IMG/VR virus record: IMGVR_UViG_3300021961_000149 | Location: 1 to 48,763 of that record | From: a virus | Lineage: Duplodnaviria; Caudoviricetes | Strand: one strand, 5' to 3' | Length of the DNA stretch: 48,763 bases | Shown here: piece after piece, positions 20,401-29,193 of the stretch | Position numbering within the stretch: position 1 is the first letter of the stretch | Layout: each line of letters starts with the position of its first letter | The notes under the pieces: model-generated | Told to the model about the DNA's origin: nothing | Seen by the model: the letters and a program-made list of their open reading frames with translations, nothing else | Databases searched by the model: none | Program-made: the position numbers and the translations under genes

Positions 20401-21280
20401 CATCCGCTGTTGCCCCCTCGATGATAATTTTATTTTCTGGGACTATTAGATTTCCATCTAGGTCTAATTTTGCTACACCATCTGGTTCTCCAAGAACGGA
20501 GAGCGGAATATAATCACCTAGGCTATTTTGCAGATCTCCTGACAATACAAAGTCATTTGATAAATCGTAGTTTTTCCAAAGCTGGGTTGCTGAATCATAT
20601 ACTAGGGCATTTTTATTTTGTAATGTAGTATTATTTATTAATACATTGTGTAGTTCATCTACTTCAAAGCCATTTTGAATGGATACAAATATAGATCCAG
20701 TATTCTGTTGTCCGCCTCTTACCACAACTCCAAGATATACTAGATGTGCTGGTGCTACTGGCTTATTAACAAGACCAAATATCTTAGCCCCATCTACTCC
20801 AAGCCATACTGGGTCTCCGTCTACCGCTCCTGTTGTATCTACTCCCTCAAGCAAACCATTTGTAACTACTTGACCGTTTGAATTATTTGATAATGTAGAA
20901 CTTAGTAAACCAAATGTCTTTGATGATCCGCCTTCGCTTGAATTTGAAGCAGCTCCAATCAAAAGTTTTCCTGATGCTCCGTCAGAGCCCGTTACTCTTA
21001 CAGGAGTTCCTTTAGTTAAGGATACTCCGCTTTGATTTCTTACGTCTTGGTAAATTAATTTTGTGCCAGAAACTCCAGCAGTAATTGCTGCTTCTAATTG
21101 GGCAATTTTATAATCATGGGAAGTTGTTACGGCTGAGCTATTAACTCCAACCTTGGCTTGCAACTGCTCAATAGCGTCATTTGCGTTTGCATGTTGTGCG
21201 GCATGTGAAGGGCTATTTAACTGATCCGTTGTTGCGGGATTAGTTAATGAGTCTAATGAATTTGGAAAATTAGTAGCCAT
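17492..21280 (-). CDS. Long tail-fibre-like protein with seven internal repeats
   Basis: LDTLNELAAALGDDANFATT fibre motif; 7x ASQTADLQQWQNSAGTVL-like repeat. Confidence 0.75.
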   Translation of the reverse strand: MATNFPNSLDSLTNPATTDQLNSPSHAAQHANANDAIEQLQAKVGVNSSAVTTSHDYKIAQLEAAITAGVSGTKLIYQDVRNQSGVSLTKGTPVRVTGSDGASGKLLIGAASNSSEGGSSKTFGLLSSTLSNNSNGQVVTNGLLEGVDTTGAVDGDPVWLGVDGAKIFGLVNKPVAPAHLVYLGVVVRGGQQNTGSIFVSIQNGFEVDELHNVLINNTTLQNKNALVYDSATQLWKNYDLSNDFVLSGDLQNSLGDYIPLSVLGEPDGVAKLDLDGNLIVPENKIIIEGATADAHELTLQAPDVTSDITVTLPNASGTLALTTQLFSGSYTDLTNKPNIVLGAPQWTANHTLLANGENTRYLIGDIVYDGGNIYVANFENESIPTSNTTYWTSLGSGKRLNIDGRDIPNITYDQLNGKPTIPSLTGYATENYVSTAISNLVDTAPTTLDTLNELAAALGDDANFATTVTNSLATKAPIASPTFTGTVTIPAGSAITGVPYLATANTFTAQNIINASGTSTVDLIVRATASQTSDLQQWQDSTGTVISSVNSSGHFATTRAYLSEANVGPDYTTGTQGYLKLGTYSTTKPQLTIRAIASQTANFVEWQNSSGTTLGFINAEGSIQSANRIISPGDFEARGNSFHGNAPFSGATVNITTRATTQVGAIIRGVASQTADLQQWQNSAGTVLAKVTSTGDATLGYAYVSGLRDVNGTGSYLNMQASTSGILVNTRAAANVGLIVKGAASQTANLQEWQNSAGSIVSSIGPTGVASLSAGNYQYQYPTVTIGDAAYGFSAEGGYLRYYTAYASGLGGHIWYGGPNNTYERMVLRNNGSFSLKGVASQTADLQQWQNSAGTVLAKVDASGIGTFAQGVFAGGAASIDGGGGATLSAIYTGALKNSATAYNFFSNVTGSPYATVVVKGLSSQTTDLQQWQDSAGTVLTRIDSSGQNIWTYSIRPQVTPSSGAFIQLDSNQVRVTQSTAGAVAFIVKGAASQSANLQEWQNSAGTVLSKVDSTGAMFTITPAVGTDTTQVATTAFVIDQIDASTQPGALYQTTAPTSPEIGQIWIDSDENVTTFDSNIIRRKTVTATAGQTIFTTDVPFIDGFEQVFMNGLLLVKTTDYATSNSNTVTLTSGAAVSDIIEIVTVTGANSVSTYTQAETDALLAANTSVAPLSISTNTTLVAKKRYFVTSASALTLTLPASPALNDEIQILDASGNASTYNITVARNGNKINGGTGNLIIDMNGAWTTLLYTGSTYGWKVG

Positions 21281-21311
21281 ATATCAATATTATACCAGCC
21301 TTGTCATTAAT

Positions 21312-21342
21312 AAACAGGCCCCAGATTTCTCCAGGGCCTGTT
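21312..21342. terminator. Intrinsic terminator
   Basis: AACAGGCCC...GGGCCTGTT hairpin with A/T flanks. Confidence 0.6.
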
Positions 21343-21355
21343 ATTTATTTAATTT

Positions 21356-21622
21356 TTACTCTGATTCTGCAGGAACAGTTGTTTCTGGACCAAAGTTAGT
21401 TGGGTGCAAATCATCTAGTGGTGATTTAGGAACAGATATAAACTTTGTACCATCCCAGCCTGCGCCAGGTGTAGCAAGATTAGCATCTTCCTTATCATCA
21501 ACAAGGATTACTTCTTTTGTACCGTATGCTAGGGAAGAAACTTCCTGAGCTTTTTCTAATGAATCTGCTTCAACAATCATTCCGACTGTATCGTCATTTA
21601 ATATATATGCATATTTAGCCAT
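21356..21622 (-). CDS. Fibre assembly chaperone-like protein
   Basis: 88 aa with PGAGWDGTKF motif; follows a glycine-rich fibre gene. Confidence 0.5.
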   Translation of the reverse strand: MAKYAYILNDDTVGMIVEADSLEKAQEVSSLAYGTKEVILVDDKEDANLATPGAGWDGTKFISVPKSPLDDLHPTNFGPETTVPAESE

Positions 21623-21637
21623 TGTGTTTTCCTCCTA

Positions 21638-23287
21638 TTAGCTTTCTAGCCATTCGAAAATTACGATTCCTGGATCTCCATTATTAGACCATTCTCCATT
21701 AATGTAGTAATCGATATCTCCGTAGTTAGTTGTATTTAGGTTACGTAGACCTTGTGTTGCTGCTCCACCATTTCCATAAGGCTGAACCTTATAGTGTGAA
21801 AGCTGTTGTAGATAAAAGTAACGAGAGTTACCTTCGGTTTCTACAAGGTTTGCATAACCGCATCCTGGACCACCAGCGGAATATCCTTCTGGGGATGGTC
21901 TTCCACCTTCAACACGAACTTTAGCATAATTGCTTGAGTCCAGAGTATGAACATAAATTCCACCTGTACCAGCATTTCCTGCTGGATGACGCAAGTAGTG
22001 TGAACGCACTGGCATTCTCCAACCTGCAGATCTCCAAATTTGTGCTGAGTTATTTCCAACAAAACCTTGGCTGTCAGTTGTAGCAAAAGGTGTTGTGTTA
22101 TTTATTCCACGGAATACGTCACGAAGTGGCGCTGAGCCTGCTCCTCCACCGTCTCCACCGAAAATAAAACTTGAACCGTTAGAGTCATTAGAGTGAGAAG
22201 TTCCATAACCTCCCATATGTCCTCCTGGGCCTCCGATACGGTGCTGATTCCAGCCTCCGTTACCTTCATCGCTTGAGCGACCACCGCCACCGCCGCCACC
22301 TGCGACGATACCAGTTGTTCCTGCTGTAAGACCAGTTGTATTTAATCTTGTCAAATAACTTGTGTATCTAGCACCAGTCCAAAATCCAAGGCCACCAAAG
22401 GTGTCTTGCCAAGCACAGTTGACTTCGGTGCTTACATAAGCTCCAAAAAGCTGTTGGAAATAGTTTGTACCACCACAAGTCATAACAATTTTTAGTCTGA
22501 ATTTTGTAGTTCCAGCAGGTGATGTAGCAGTTGCTGAAAACTTATTGCTGTCAGTATTATCGTATGTAAAAGTATATCCTGGAAGTTGGGCTAATGTACC
22601 GAGTTGTGCATTTGCTGAATCATACCATTCAATAGTTACAGTTGTAGGGTTTCCGCCCTGTCCTGAACGAGTGTATACTCCATAATAATGTAATGTATTT
22701 TCTGAAGTATCATTAAAATCAGAATAAAATGTTTGAGTTGCTGTTGAGCTTGATGAGTACATTGTTATTCCGTAAGAAGACTTGAAAACTCCCTGATAGT
22801 TAGGTGTGTCTGTGCAAGTAAAGTGTCTGTTACGTAGAAACTGATTAGTTGTTGAAGAGTAATCTGAACGGAAAGTGTTCATGCTTCCACTGCTACTTAG
22901 TGTCCATCCAGTTGTATCCCACTGTCCGTAGGTTCCTACCTGAAAAGGATTTCTAAGAAGATTGGTTGGTCTAGTTGGTGTGTTTCCGACAATTGTATCT
23001 GATCCACGACCACCATTACCGTTTTCTGCTCCATGGCTTCCACCAGCTCCGACGATGACTGAGATATTTCCTGTAATTGCTAAATCTTTAGTAACTACAG
23101 CTCCTCCACCACCACCTGCAGCAGCGTAACCTGATCCTCCACCACCGCCACCGCCGACTGCGGTAACTTTGGCCCATAGTGGCTTGCTTGCGCTAAACCC
23201 TGATGGCAACTGGAAAGTTCCAGATGATGTAAATACTTGTTTCTTTAATGTTGCTCCACCAGATGATGGAAATTGAACTAGAGGCAT
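21638..23287 (-). CDS. Glycine-rich fibre/receptor-binding protein with carbohydrate-binding-like insert
   Basis: FTSSGTF...VGGGGGGG domain interrupted by an NLLRNP...W jelly-roll-like region. Confidence 0.65.
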   Translation of the reverse strand: MPLVQFPSSGGATLKKQVFTSSGTFQLPSGFSASKPLWAKVTAVGGGGGGGSGYAAAGGGGGAVVTKDLAITGNISVIVGAGGSHGAENGNGGRGSDTIVGNTPTRPTNLLRNPFQVGTYGQWDTTGWTLSSSGSMNTFRSDYSSTTNQFLRNRHFTCTDTPNYQGVFKSSYGITMYSSSSTATQTFYSDFNDTSENTLHYYGVYTRSGQGGNPTTVTIEWYDSANAQLGTLAQLPGYTFTYDNTDSNKFSATATSPAGTTKFRLKIVMTCGGTNYFQQLFGAYVSTEVNCAWQDTFGGLGFWTGARYTSYLTRLNTTGLTAGTTGIVAGGGGGGGRSSDEGNGGWNQHRIGGPGGHMGGYGTSHSNDSNGSSFIFGGDGGGAGSAPLRDVFRGINNTTPFATTDSQGFVGNNSAQIWRSAGWRMPVRSHYLRHPAGNAGTGGIYVHTLDSSNYAKVRVEGGRPSPEGYSAGGPGCGYANLVETEGNSRYFYLQQLSHYKVQPYGNGGAATQGLRNLNTTNYGDIDYYINGEWSNNGDPGIVIFEWLES

Positions 23288-23288
23288 A

Positions 23289-23591
23289 TTATGATACCTC
23301 TGTTCCTGAAATATGTGCTTTTAATCCAGCTGCAGATGCTGATCCTGCAATTGTATCTCCAGCTTCAATAACCTGTCTTAAATCTAAAGCGAGAATTCCA
23401 CTTGCGGCTACGGAGACAGAAGAAAGAACTTCATGCGTTCCGAGCTTTATGGTACCCGTGATTGCAGATGCGGTTGTATTTGTGAGAACAATATTTGTAA
23501 CAACAGTGCTTGTTGAAGCAGGTGTTGTGTAAAGTGTGCCCTCTGATGTAGCTAGAGTTTGTCTAGCTAACTTTTTAACAATGTTTGGCAT
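23289..23591 (-). CDS. Small virion structural protein
   Basis: 100 aa; LYTTPA..TVVTNIVLTN...HISGTE beta-sandwich-like pattern. Confidence 0.55.
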   Translation of the reverse strand: MPNIVKKLARQTLATSEGTLYTTPASTSTVVTNIVLTNTTASAITGTIKLGTHEVLSSVSVAASGILALDLRQVIEAGDTIAGSASAAGLKAHISGTEVS

Positions 23592-23612
23592 TATTTATTA
23601 CCTCCGTATAGC

Positions 23613-24986
23613 TTAAATTGCTCCCATGAGACCTAGCACAAATTCGTTTTGTGCTCTAGTATCTACATAGGTTTTTGTTGTTACTTCATTTGCCGCTGTT
23701 GGGGCGGTGGTAACAACAACCTGTGCTACCTGTAGTTTATCATAAACTACACCAGCCTCAGAATAATTAATTGTTGTTGTTGGTGCTGTTGAAATTCCAG
23801 AAGTTAACTTCCAGACTCCATCTGTAGCATCCTTTGAGAAAGCAGAGTACTTAGTGTTTACTCCAACTTTATACTCTCCGATAAATGTAAAGTCTACTAG
23901 ATTTCCAGTATTATTGTCTGCGACAAAGATAGCTGGGTCTGTAACTGCAAGGTTCTCGGAAACAACTGTTGTTCCTCCGCCTGCAAATGAGATTGTTCCG
24001 TTAATATTAACATCTCCTGCGATATTAAGATCGCCGTTTATGCCAACTCCACCTACAACAGTAACTGCTCCAGTTGATGGGCTTACTGATGCTGTTGGAA
24101 TTTCTACGTGAACATTTTGTCCTGGTGTGATAGCAATCTGGGTATCTCCAGAAGCATATCCGCCAGCTGCAATGATAATCTTATTTTCAGATCCTGTATC
24201 AGATGTTGCCAAAACAAGATTTCCAGCTCCAAAGTACATTGTTGCTGTTCCTGTTGCAGCTACAGTAGTTACGTTAGCTGCAGTTTTTGCATATGTAAAA
24301 GATGTTGTAGTAGGCGTTGTAGCAATTGTGTATGTTCCATTGAATGTAGCGTCTACTCCAGTAATGTTTACCTTTTTACCTACTGTAAATCCATGTGCTG
24401 TTGATGTTGTAATTGTAGCAACGTTATTATTAATTCCCTTTTGAGAAATTGCTTTAATTATTGGAGCTTTTGCTGATGTAAAGATGTATCCATCTTGAGG
24501 TCCAGTAATTCCATATGTTGCATCATCAAATGAGTTTCCTGTCATACCCATTCCAGTCCAGCCGCTTGCGTCTGTTCCGTTTGAAGTATAGACAATTATG
24601 TCTGTTGAAGATGTTGGGTCATCATTGTTAAAAGCAATTTGAGCATATGATGAATCTGATGTTCCAGAATCGTATCTCAAAACTGCTACTGGATTTGTTA
24701 GCGCAGCAGATGTTGACCATGTTACTGGCGCATCTCCTACATAAAGCTCTCCAGCAGTTGCTGGTGCTGTTCCATTAAGAATATTTGTTACTAGCGTATT
24801 TATTTGTGCTTGGCCATCTGCGGTTGCGGCCACAACATCGTTTACGCCAAGCATCTCGCCTAAATTTTTGAGTGCAGCGGAAACGAATATTAAATCTTGG
24901 GCAGTGTATGTTGCTGCTCCAATACTGGTTGTGATCTCAGCTTTGACTGCATCAATCTGAGACGACAAACTTGCGTAATTTGGCAT
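23613..24986 (-). CDS. Fibre-like structural protein
   Basis: Thr/Ala/Gly rich; ATITTSTAHGFTVGKKVNITGV..FNGTY repeat; GAVTVVGGVGINGDL motif. Confidence 0.65.
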   Translation of the reverse strand: MPNYASLSSQIDAVKAEITTSIGAATYTAQDLIFVSAALKNLGEMLGVNDVVAATADGQAQINTLVTNILNGTAPATAGELYVGDAPVTWSTSAALTNPVAVLRYDSGTSDSSYAQIAFNNDDPTSSTDIIVYTSNGTDASGWTGMGMTGNSFDDATYGITGPQDGYIFTSAKAPIIKAISQKGINNNVATITTSTAHGFTVGKKVNITGVDATFNGTYTIATTPTTTSFTYAKTAANVTTVAATGTATMYFGAGNLVLATSDTGSENKIIIAAGGYASGDTQIAITPGQNVHVEIPTASVSPSTGAVTVVGGVGINGDLNIAGDVNINGTISFAGGGTTVVSENLAVTDPAIFVADNNTGNLVDFTFIGEYKVGVNTKYSAFSKDATDGVWKLTSGISTAPTTTINYSEAGVVYDKLQVAQVVVTTAPTAANEVTTKTYVDTRAQNEFVLGLMGAI

Positions 24987-25001
24987 TTTAGTTTACTCCT
25001 G

Positions 25002-26141
25002 TCATAAAATTGTTATTCCTGCTATCTGTTCAACTTGCCTTATAAGTGAGATTCCGCTAACAGAGACTGGATTTATTGTAACAGTTGTTCTGTTATTTAT
25101 CAAGTCATCTGTAGCAGTTGCTCCTATAAAGTTAATTATACCTCTAGCTGGTACTGTTCCACTAGACTCATACTGAATAGTTTGATAATTTGGAGATCCC
25201 CAGGTTGCTGAAGACCCATTTGTTGTCAAAAACTTTCCAGAATTTGAGGTCTGGCTTGGTAGTGCAGACCCAGAACCACCCAGTGATATAGCATTTCCAT
25301 CAATTGTTATTGATGAATTTGTTAGGGCAGTGTTGGGAATATTTACGAAATTTGCACCAGAAGTATTTGCTGGAAATGTTACTGTTCCAGTAAATGTTGG
25401 TGAGGCAATCGGTGCCTTGGTACTTAATCCATTTGATATTGTTGTAAAAAACGCTGGATCATTATTTATAGCAGATGCTAATTCTTGTAATGTATTTAAA
25501 AGAGTTGGAGAAGATCCAACTAGATTTGTAATACCTGAAGCAACCTCGCTAAGAACAAATGCTGTTGTTGCGACTTGTGTTGTATTTGTTCCAGCTGTTG
25601 GTGTTGGAGCAGTTGGTGTGCCAGTTAAAATAGGGGAAACTAAAGTTTTATTAGTAACTGTTTGAGCTCCAGTAAGGGTTACGTTTGCCGCTCCTTGAAT
25701 TGCATCATATAATGCAGCAATGTCTTGTTGAATTTGATTTTTTATTCCAGAAAGAGCTGATTGTTGAAATAATCCTTCTGAAACTACTTTTCCTAAAGAA
25801 AGGTTTGTTGTTGCTGTTTCAATTGCCTTCATTTGAAGAAGTAGTTCTTTTGTATCAAGTACTGCTGTTGCAACACCTGTTGTTGATTGTGTAACCGCTG
25901 CTCCTGTCACAGTGCTGTTTATAACAAACTGAGTTGATGTTGCAGAGTGAATTGCTACATTCTGTAAATTAAAAGCTGTTGTAGATAATCCAGTAATGCT
26001 AATTAGCTGACCAGCAGTAAAGCTGTTGCTTGCTGTGTAAGTAACTTGAGTGCCACTTGCAGAAGCTGCTGTTACATTAACTGTTAGAGCATTAAGTCTT
26101 GTTTGAATTAATGACTCTATATTAGTAAAGTTTAATGACAT
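25002..26141 (-). CDS. Fibre-like structural protein
   Basis: PTAPTPTAGTNTTQVATTAFV and LNTLQELASAINNDPAF fibre motifs. Confidence 0.65.
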   Translation of the reverse strand: MSLNFTNIESLIQTRLNALTVNVTAASASGTQVTYTASNSFTAGQLISITGLSTTAFNLQNVAIHSATSTQFVINSTVTGAAVTQSTTGVATAVLDTKELLLQMKAIETATTNLSLGKVVSEGLFQQSALSGIKNQIQQDIAALYDAIQGAANVTLTGAQTVTNKTLVSPILTGTPTAPTPTAGTNTTQVATTAFVLSEVASGITNLVGSSPTLLNTLQELASAINNDPAFFTTISNGLSTKAPIASPTFTGTVTFPANTSGANFVNIPNTALTNSSITIDGNAISLGGSGSALPSQTSNSGKFLTTNGSSATWGSPNYQTIQYESSGTVPARGIINFIGATATDDLINNRTTVTINPVSVSGISLIRQVEQIAGITIL

Positions 26142-26151
26142 TTTTCCCCCT

Positions 26152-26757
26152 TTATAGTCCTGCTAAAGCCAAAACTTCAACATCTGAAAGATCAGAAGCT
26201 GTGGCAAATCCACTTGTATTAAATGCTGTTGTTTGAATTGAATTGTCTGGAAATTTGACTCCTGCGCCAGATAAAACTAATATATTTCCATTTAAATCTG
26301 TTGCTGGAACTCCGTCTGGCTCTCCTACAATGCTAAGAGGAACGTAGTCTCCAAGGCTGTTATCTATGTTATTTAAAAGTGTATCAATCTCTTGTTTTGT
26401 ATAAACATTTATTTCTGTTGGGTTTCCCCAAGCATTCGAAGACTTAACATAAACATTTAAATTTGTTATGTCAACATAAACATCGCCATTTAAACCATTA
26501 GAATTATTTGGTGCTCCTGCGGCAAATGTTGCTGTAGTTACTAGAGATCCGCCTGAACCTACTACTACATTTCCATCGTAACTGTGTGTGTGATTTATTG
26601 TTCCGCCACTGCCTGAACCAACGTCAAGCCACTCTGTTCCAGAGTAAAATCTTATTTTTGAATTTGCTGAATTAAAATATAAATCTCCAGCAGTGGCTAC
26701 GGCTGGATCTACTGTAAGTTGTACTAGGTTAACTGGGACTTTAAATTGTCTCGACAT
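26152..26757 (-). CDS. Fibre-like structural protein
   Basis: GAPNNSNGLNGDVYVD motif; shares SLGDYxPLSxxGEPDGV with 17492..21280. Confidence 0.6.
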   Translation of the reverse strand: MSRQFKVPVNLVQLTVDPAVATAGDLYFNSANSKIRFYSGTEWLDVGSGSGGTINHTHSYDGNVVVGSGGSLVTTATFAAGAPNNSNGLNGDVYVDITNLNVYVKSSNAWGNPTEINVYTKQEIDTLLNNIDNSLGDYVPLSIVGEPDGVPATDLNGNILVLSGAGVKFPDNSIQTTAFNTSGFATASDLSDVEVLALAGL

Positions 26758-26759
26758 GA

Positions 26760-27983
26760 TTAACCTACGATAACTACTCTATATTCTCCGTCTGAAGGTG
26801 CCGCAGCAAATTTAATTGTTGTGGTGTTGTCTGAGGTATGTTCTACATCAGCTTCGACTTGAGCGTATGGAGTGCCAGTTTGATAAATTTGTACAGTTAC
26901 ATCTTTTGTTCCAAGGTTATGTGTAAACAAGAACGCCGTGTTTGTTGGGCTGTTTGATGCATCTGTTAGGAGAATATCCTTTTTAAACTTACGTGTAATT
27001 TCATGGTAGTTTGTACCATTATTTGTAAGCGTCCACTTATCTTCTGACTCGTTCCACAAAATCTCAACGTCTGGTGAATTACCACGTTCTACACGAATAC
27101 CAGCATCTACTGTAGGTGTTCCTGTAAAGTCGGTATTAAGGTTGATCTTATTATCAACAATGTTTACCTGTGTTGTATTTACTGAGTTGATTGTTCCAGT
27201 AACATTTAAGTTACCGCCAACTGTTAAGTTGTTTGTGATGGTTACATCGTCTGGAAGTCCAATTGTAACGCTAGCATTTTCAGAACCTGAACCAGAAACT
27301 GTAACTTCATTGGCAGTGCCAGTGATTCCTGCTACATAGCTTCCTGTTGTCTGTGTTCCAAGGTTAACATTTTTGATTGTTACAGCTCCACTTGTTACAG
27401 TAAAGTCTGCATCAGCAAATGATGCTACACCTTTATTTGTTGTGCTTGCGTCTTCGCCAGCAATTGTAATTGTATTATCTGTTACAGCAACATCAATTCC
27501 TTCTCCACCTAAAACAGATAGAGTTTCTGTAAGAAGAGAAATGCCAGTTGTGGCACCGCCGTCTCCTATGATACTTAATGTTGTTGCTACGTCTACTTCA
27601 CCTGCGGCAGTTAAACGACCTTGAGCATCTACTGTAAATGTAGGAATCTTTGTTTGAGAACCATAAGATCCTGCTGTTACCGTAGTGTTATCTAAATCAA
27701 TTGTTGTTATGCCAGTGTTGTCAACGTATGTTGAGGTTAGTCCAACTCCGCCAGATACAGAAGATCCAATAATATCTTGAACCGCTTCTGTAGAAGCATT
27801 CATTGCTACCCATGGTCCGTCTGGTGCAGACAAACCATTGTAATAGTACATTACATTGTCTTGGTTGTTATAGTATATCTGACCAGTTACTGGAAGTGAC
27901 GGTGCAGATGATACGTTTTGAATTCTAGCATTAATAAGCTCATTTTTATTGAGGTTAATACTAGTTACAAATAGTCTTGCCAT
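26760..27983 (-). CDS. Fibre-like structural protein
   Basis: AGSYG...FTVDAQGRLTAA and HNLGTKDVTVQ fibre motifs. Confidence 0.65.
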   Translation of the reverse strand: MARLFVTSINLNKNELINARIQNVSSAPSLPVTGQIYYNNQDNVMYYYNGLSAPDGPWVAMNASTEAVQDIIGSSVSGGVGLTSTYVDNTGITTIDLDNTTVTAGSYGSQTKIPTFTVDAQGRLTAAGEVDVATTLSIIGDGGATTGISLLTETLSVLGGEGIDVAVTDNTITIAGEDASTTNKGVASFADADFTVTSGAVTIKNVNLGTQTTGSYVAGITGTANEVTVSGSGSENASVTIGLPDDVTITNNLTVGGNLNVTGTINSVNTTQVNIVDNKINLNTDFTGTPTVDAGIRVERGNSPDVEILWNESEDKWTLTNNGTNYHEITRKFKKDILLTDASNSPTNTAFLFTHNLGTKDVTVQIYQTGTPYAQVEADVEHTSDNTTTIKFAAAPSDGEYRVVIVG

Positions 27984-27996
27984 TTACTTTGCTCCT

Positions 27997-28461
27997 CTAA
28001 GACAGGTACGCTGTCCCTGAGAATGGTTGAGCCATTGTCAGTGTTAAAGTGTTAACATTATTATACTCTATACCAGTTTCTAATATGTCGCCGCCACTGG
28101 TTTTTACCGTTACATTTGGATAAAATTCAAGGTTGTGGTTTATTGGAACGGTGTATACTGGACCAGACTGTCCATTAAAATGTGCCATTTCCCAGCTATA
28201 CTCAAAGGCTATCTCTGTGTTGAGAAGGTAGTTTGAGGCTCCAGCCCATGTAAGATCGGTGGGCTTTGGACCATAGAATCTTGTTGTAGCTTTATCATAA
28301 TAAAAGTCTCCTTCAAGGCCTAGGTTTTCTGCTGGAATACCATTACCATTTAATATTGTTTTACCACGAGGACCTTGTGGGCCAGGACTGGATATTACAA
28401 CATCATTAATGGTTTCTGTAATAACAACTTTTGGAATATTATCGTTGTTTATAATTGGCAT
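27997..28461 (-). CDS. Structural protein with short collagen-like motif
   Basis: PGPQGPRG followed by GxxGDFY and INHNL motifs. Confidence 0.6.
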   Translation of the reverse strand: MPIINNDNIPKVVITETINDVVISSPGPQGPRGKTILNGNGIPAENLGLEGDFYYDKATTRFYGPKPTDLTWAGASNYLLNTEIAFEYSWEMAHFNGQSGPVYTVPINHNLEFYPNVTVKTSGGDILETGIEYNNVNTLTLTMAQPFSGTAYLS

Positions 28462-28811
28462 TAGATTGTAACCGATCTATTTAATGTAAGGAATCCTTCA
28501 AGTAATTTTATTTTATTACCATTAGAATCGATGACCATCAAATCATATGAAGATTTTGGATAGAATAATTTGTTAGTTTGAGTAGGGGTCATCTTAATGG
28601 TTAATTTGCCAAGAGCGGGATCTATTGTAATTCCACCAGTTGATGGTGAAGTCAAAGTAAACGCTAGCTTTGATCCGCCTTTTGTATCACGGACCTGCAT
28701 TTTTGCGGTTGCACCCACTAAAGATATTGGTATATCGTTAGGGTCTTTATATTCTACAATGAAAGAGAATGTAGTGTTTTGATCTACTTCCCAATTTTTT
28801 TGTCCTGCCAT
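28461..28811 (-). CDS. Structural protein (BppU-N-like, putative)
   Basis: 116 aa; PISLVGATAKMQVR...YDL...LLEG pattern. Confidence 0.55.
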   Translation of the reverse strand: MAGQKNWEVDQNTTFSFIVEYKDPNDIPISLVGATAKMQVRDTKGGSKLAFTLTSPSTGGITIDPALGKLTIKMTPTQTNKLFYPKSSYDLMVIDSNGNKIKLLEGFLTLNRSVTI

Positions 28812-28886
28812 TTGCTAAACTCTCCTAATAGGAAAACTCCTATGCTTATTTTAGCACAGGAGCCGTCCTAATAGGTTAACTATATT

Positions 28887-29120
28887 TTACTTCTTTGTGA
28901 AGCCGAATGAACTTTCATTTGGATTAAGTGCTTTTAGAATCACTGGGAGACAGGCTGCGATACCGCCCTTAATTAGGTCTCCTGGGTCAGTGTTTCCAGT
29001 CATGTAAAGAGCAATAGCGGCACCTAAAAAGTGACGACCATAGCTTGCCAACGCTGCTAGAATTTTCTCTTGCATTGTTACCTTTCCATCATTGTTTAGA
29101 TCTTCTTTTGTTTTTGACAA
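28887..29120 (-). CDS. Holin (putative)
   Basis: 77 aa; two hydrophobic segments, ends ALNPNESSFG; AAGGAGG RBS with TTG start. Confidence 0.6.
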   Translation of the reverse strand: MSKTKEDLNNDGKVTMQEKILAALASYGRHFLGAAIALYMTGNTDPGDLIKGGIAACLPVILKALNPNESSFGFTKK

Positions 29121-29193
29121 TTTAGATCCTCCTTATTTCTGGGCCTAGTGCCCAGGAATTTTGGGTTTTACCCCAATATTTATTATATACCCT

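Noticed and set aside
17492-21280. Diversity-generating retroelement target
   Set aside because: No reverse transcriptase and no TR/VR pair differing only at adenines was seen
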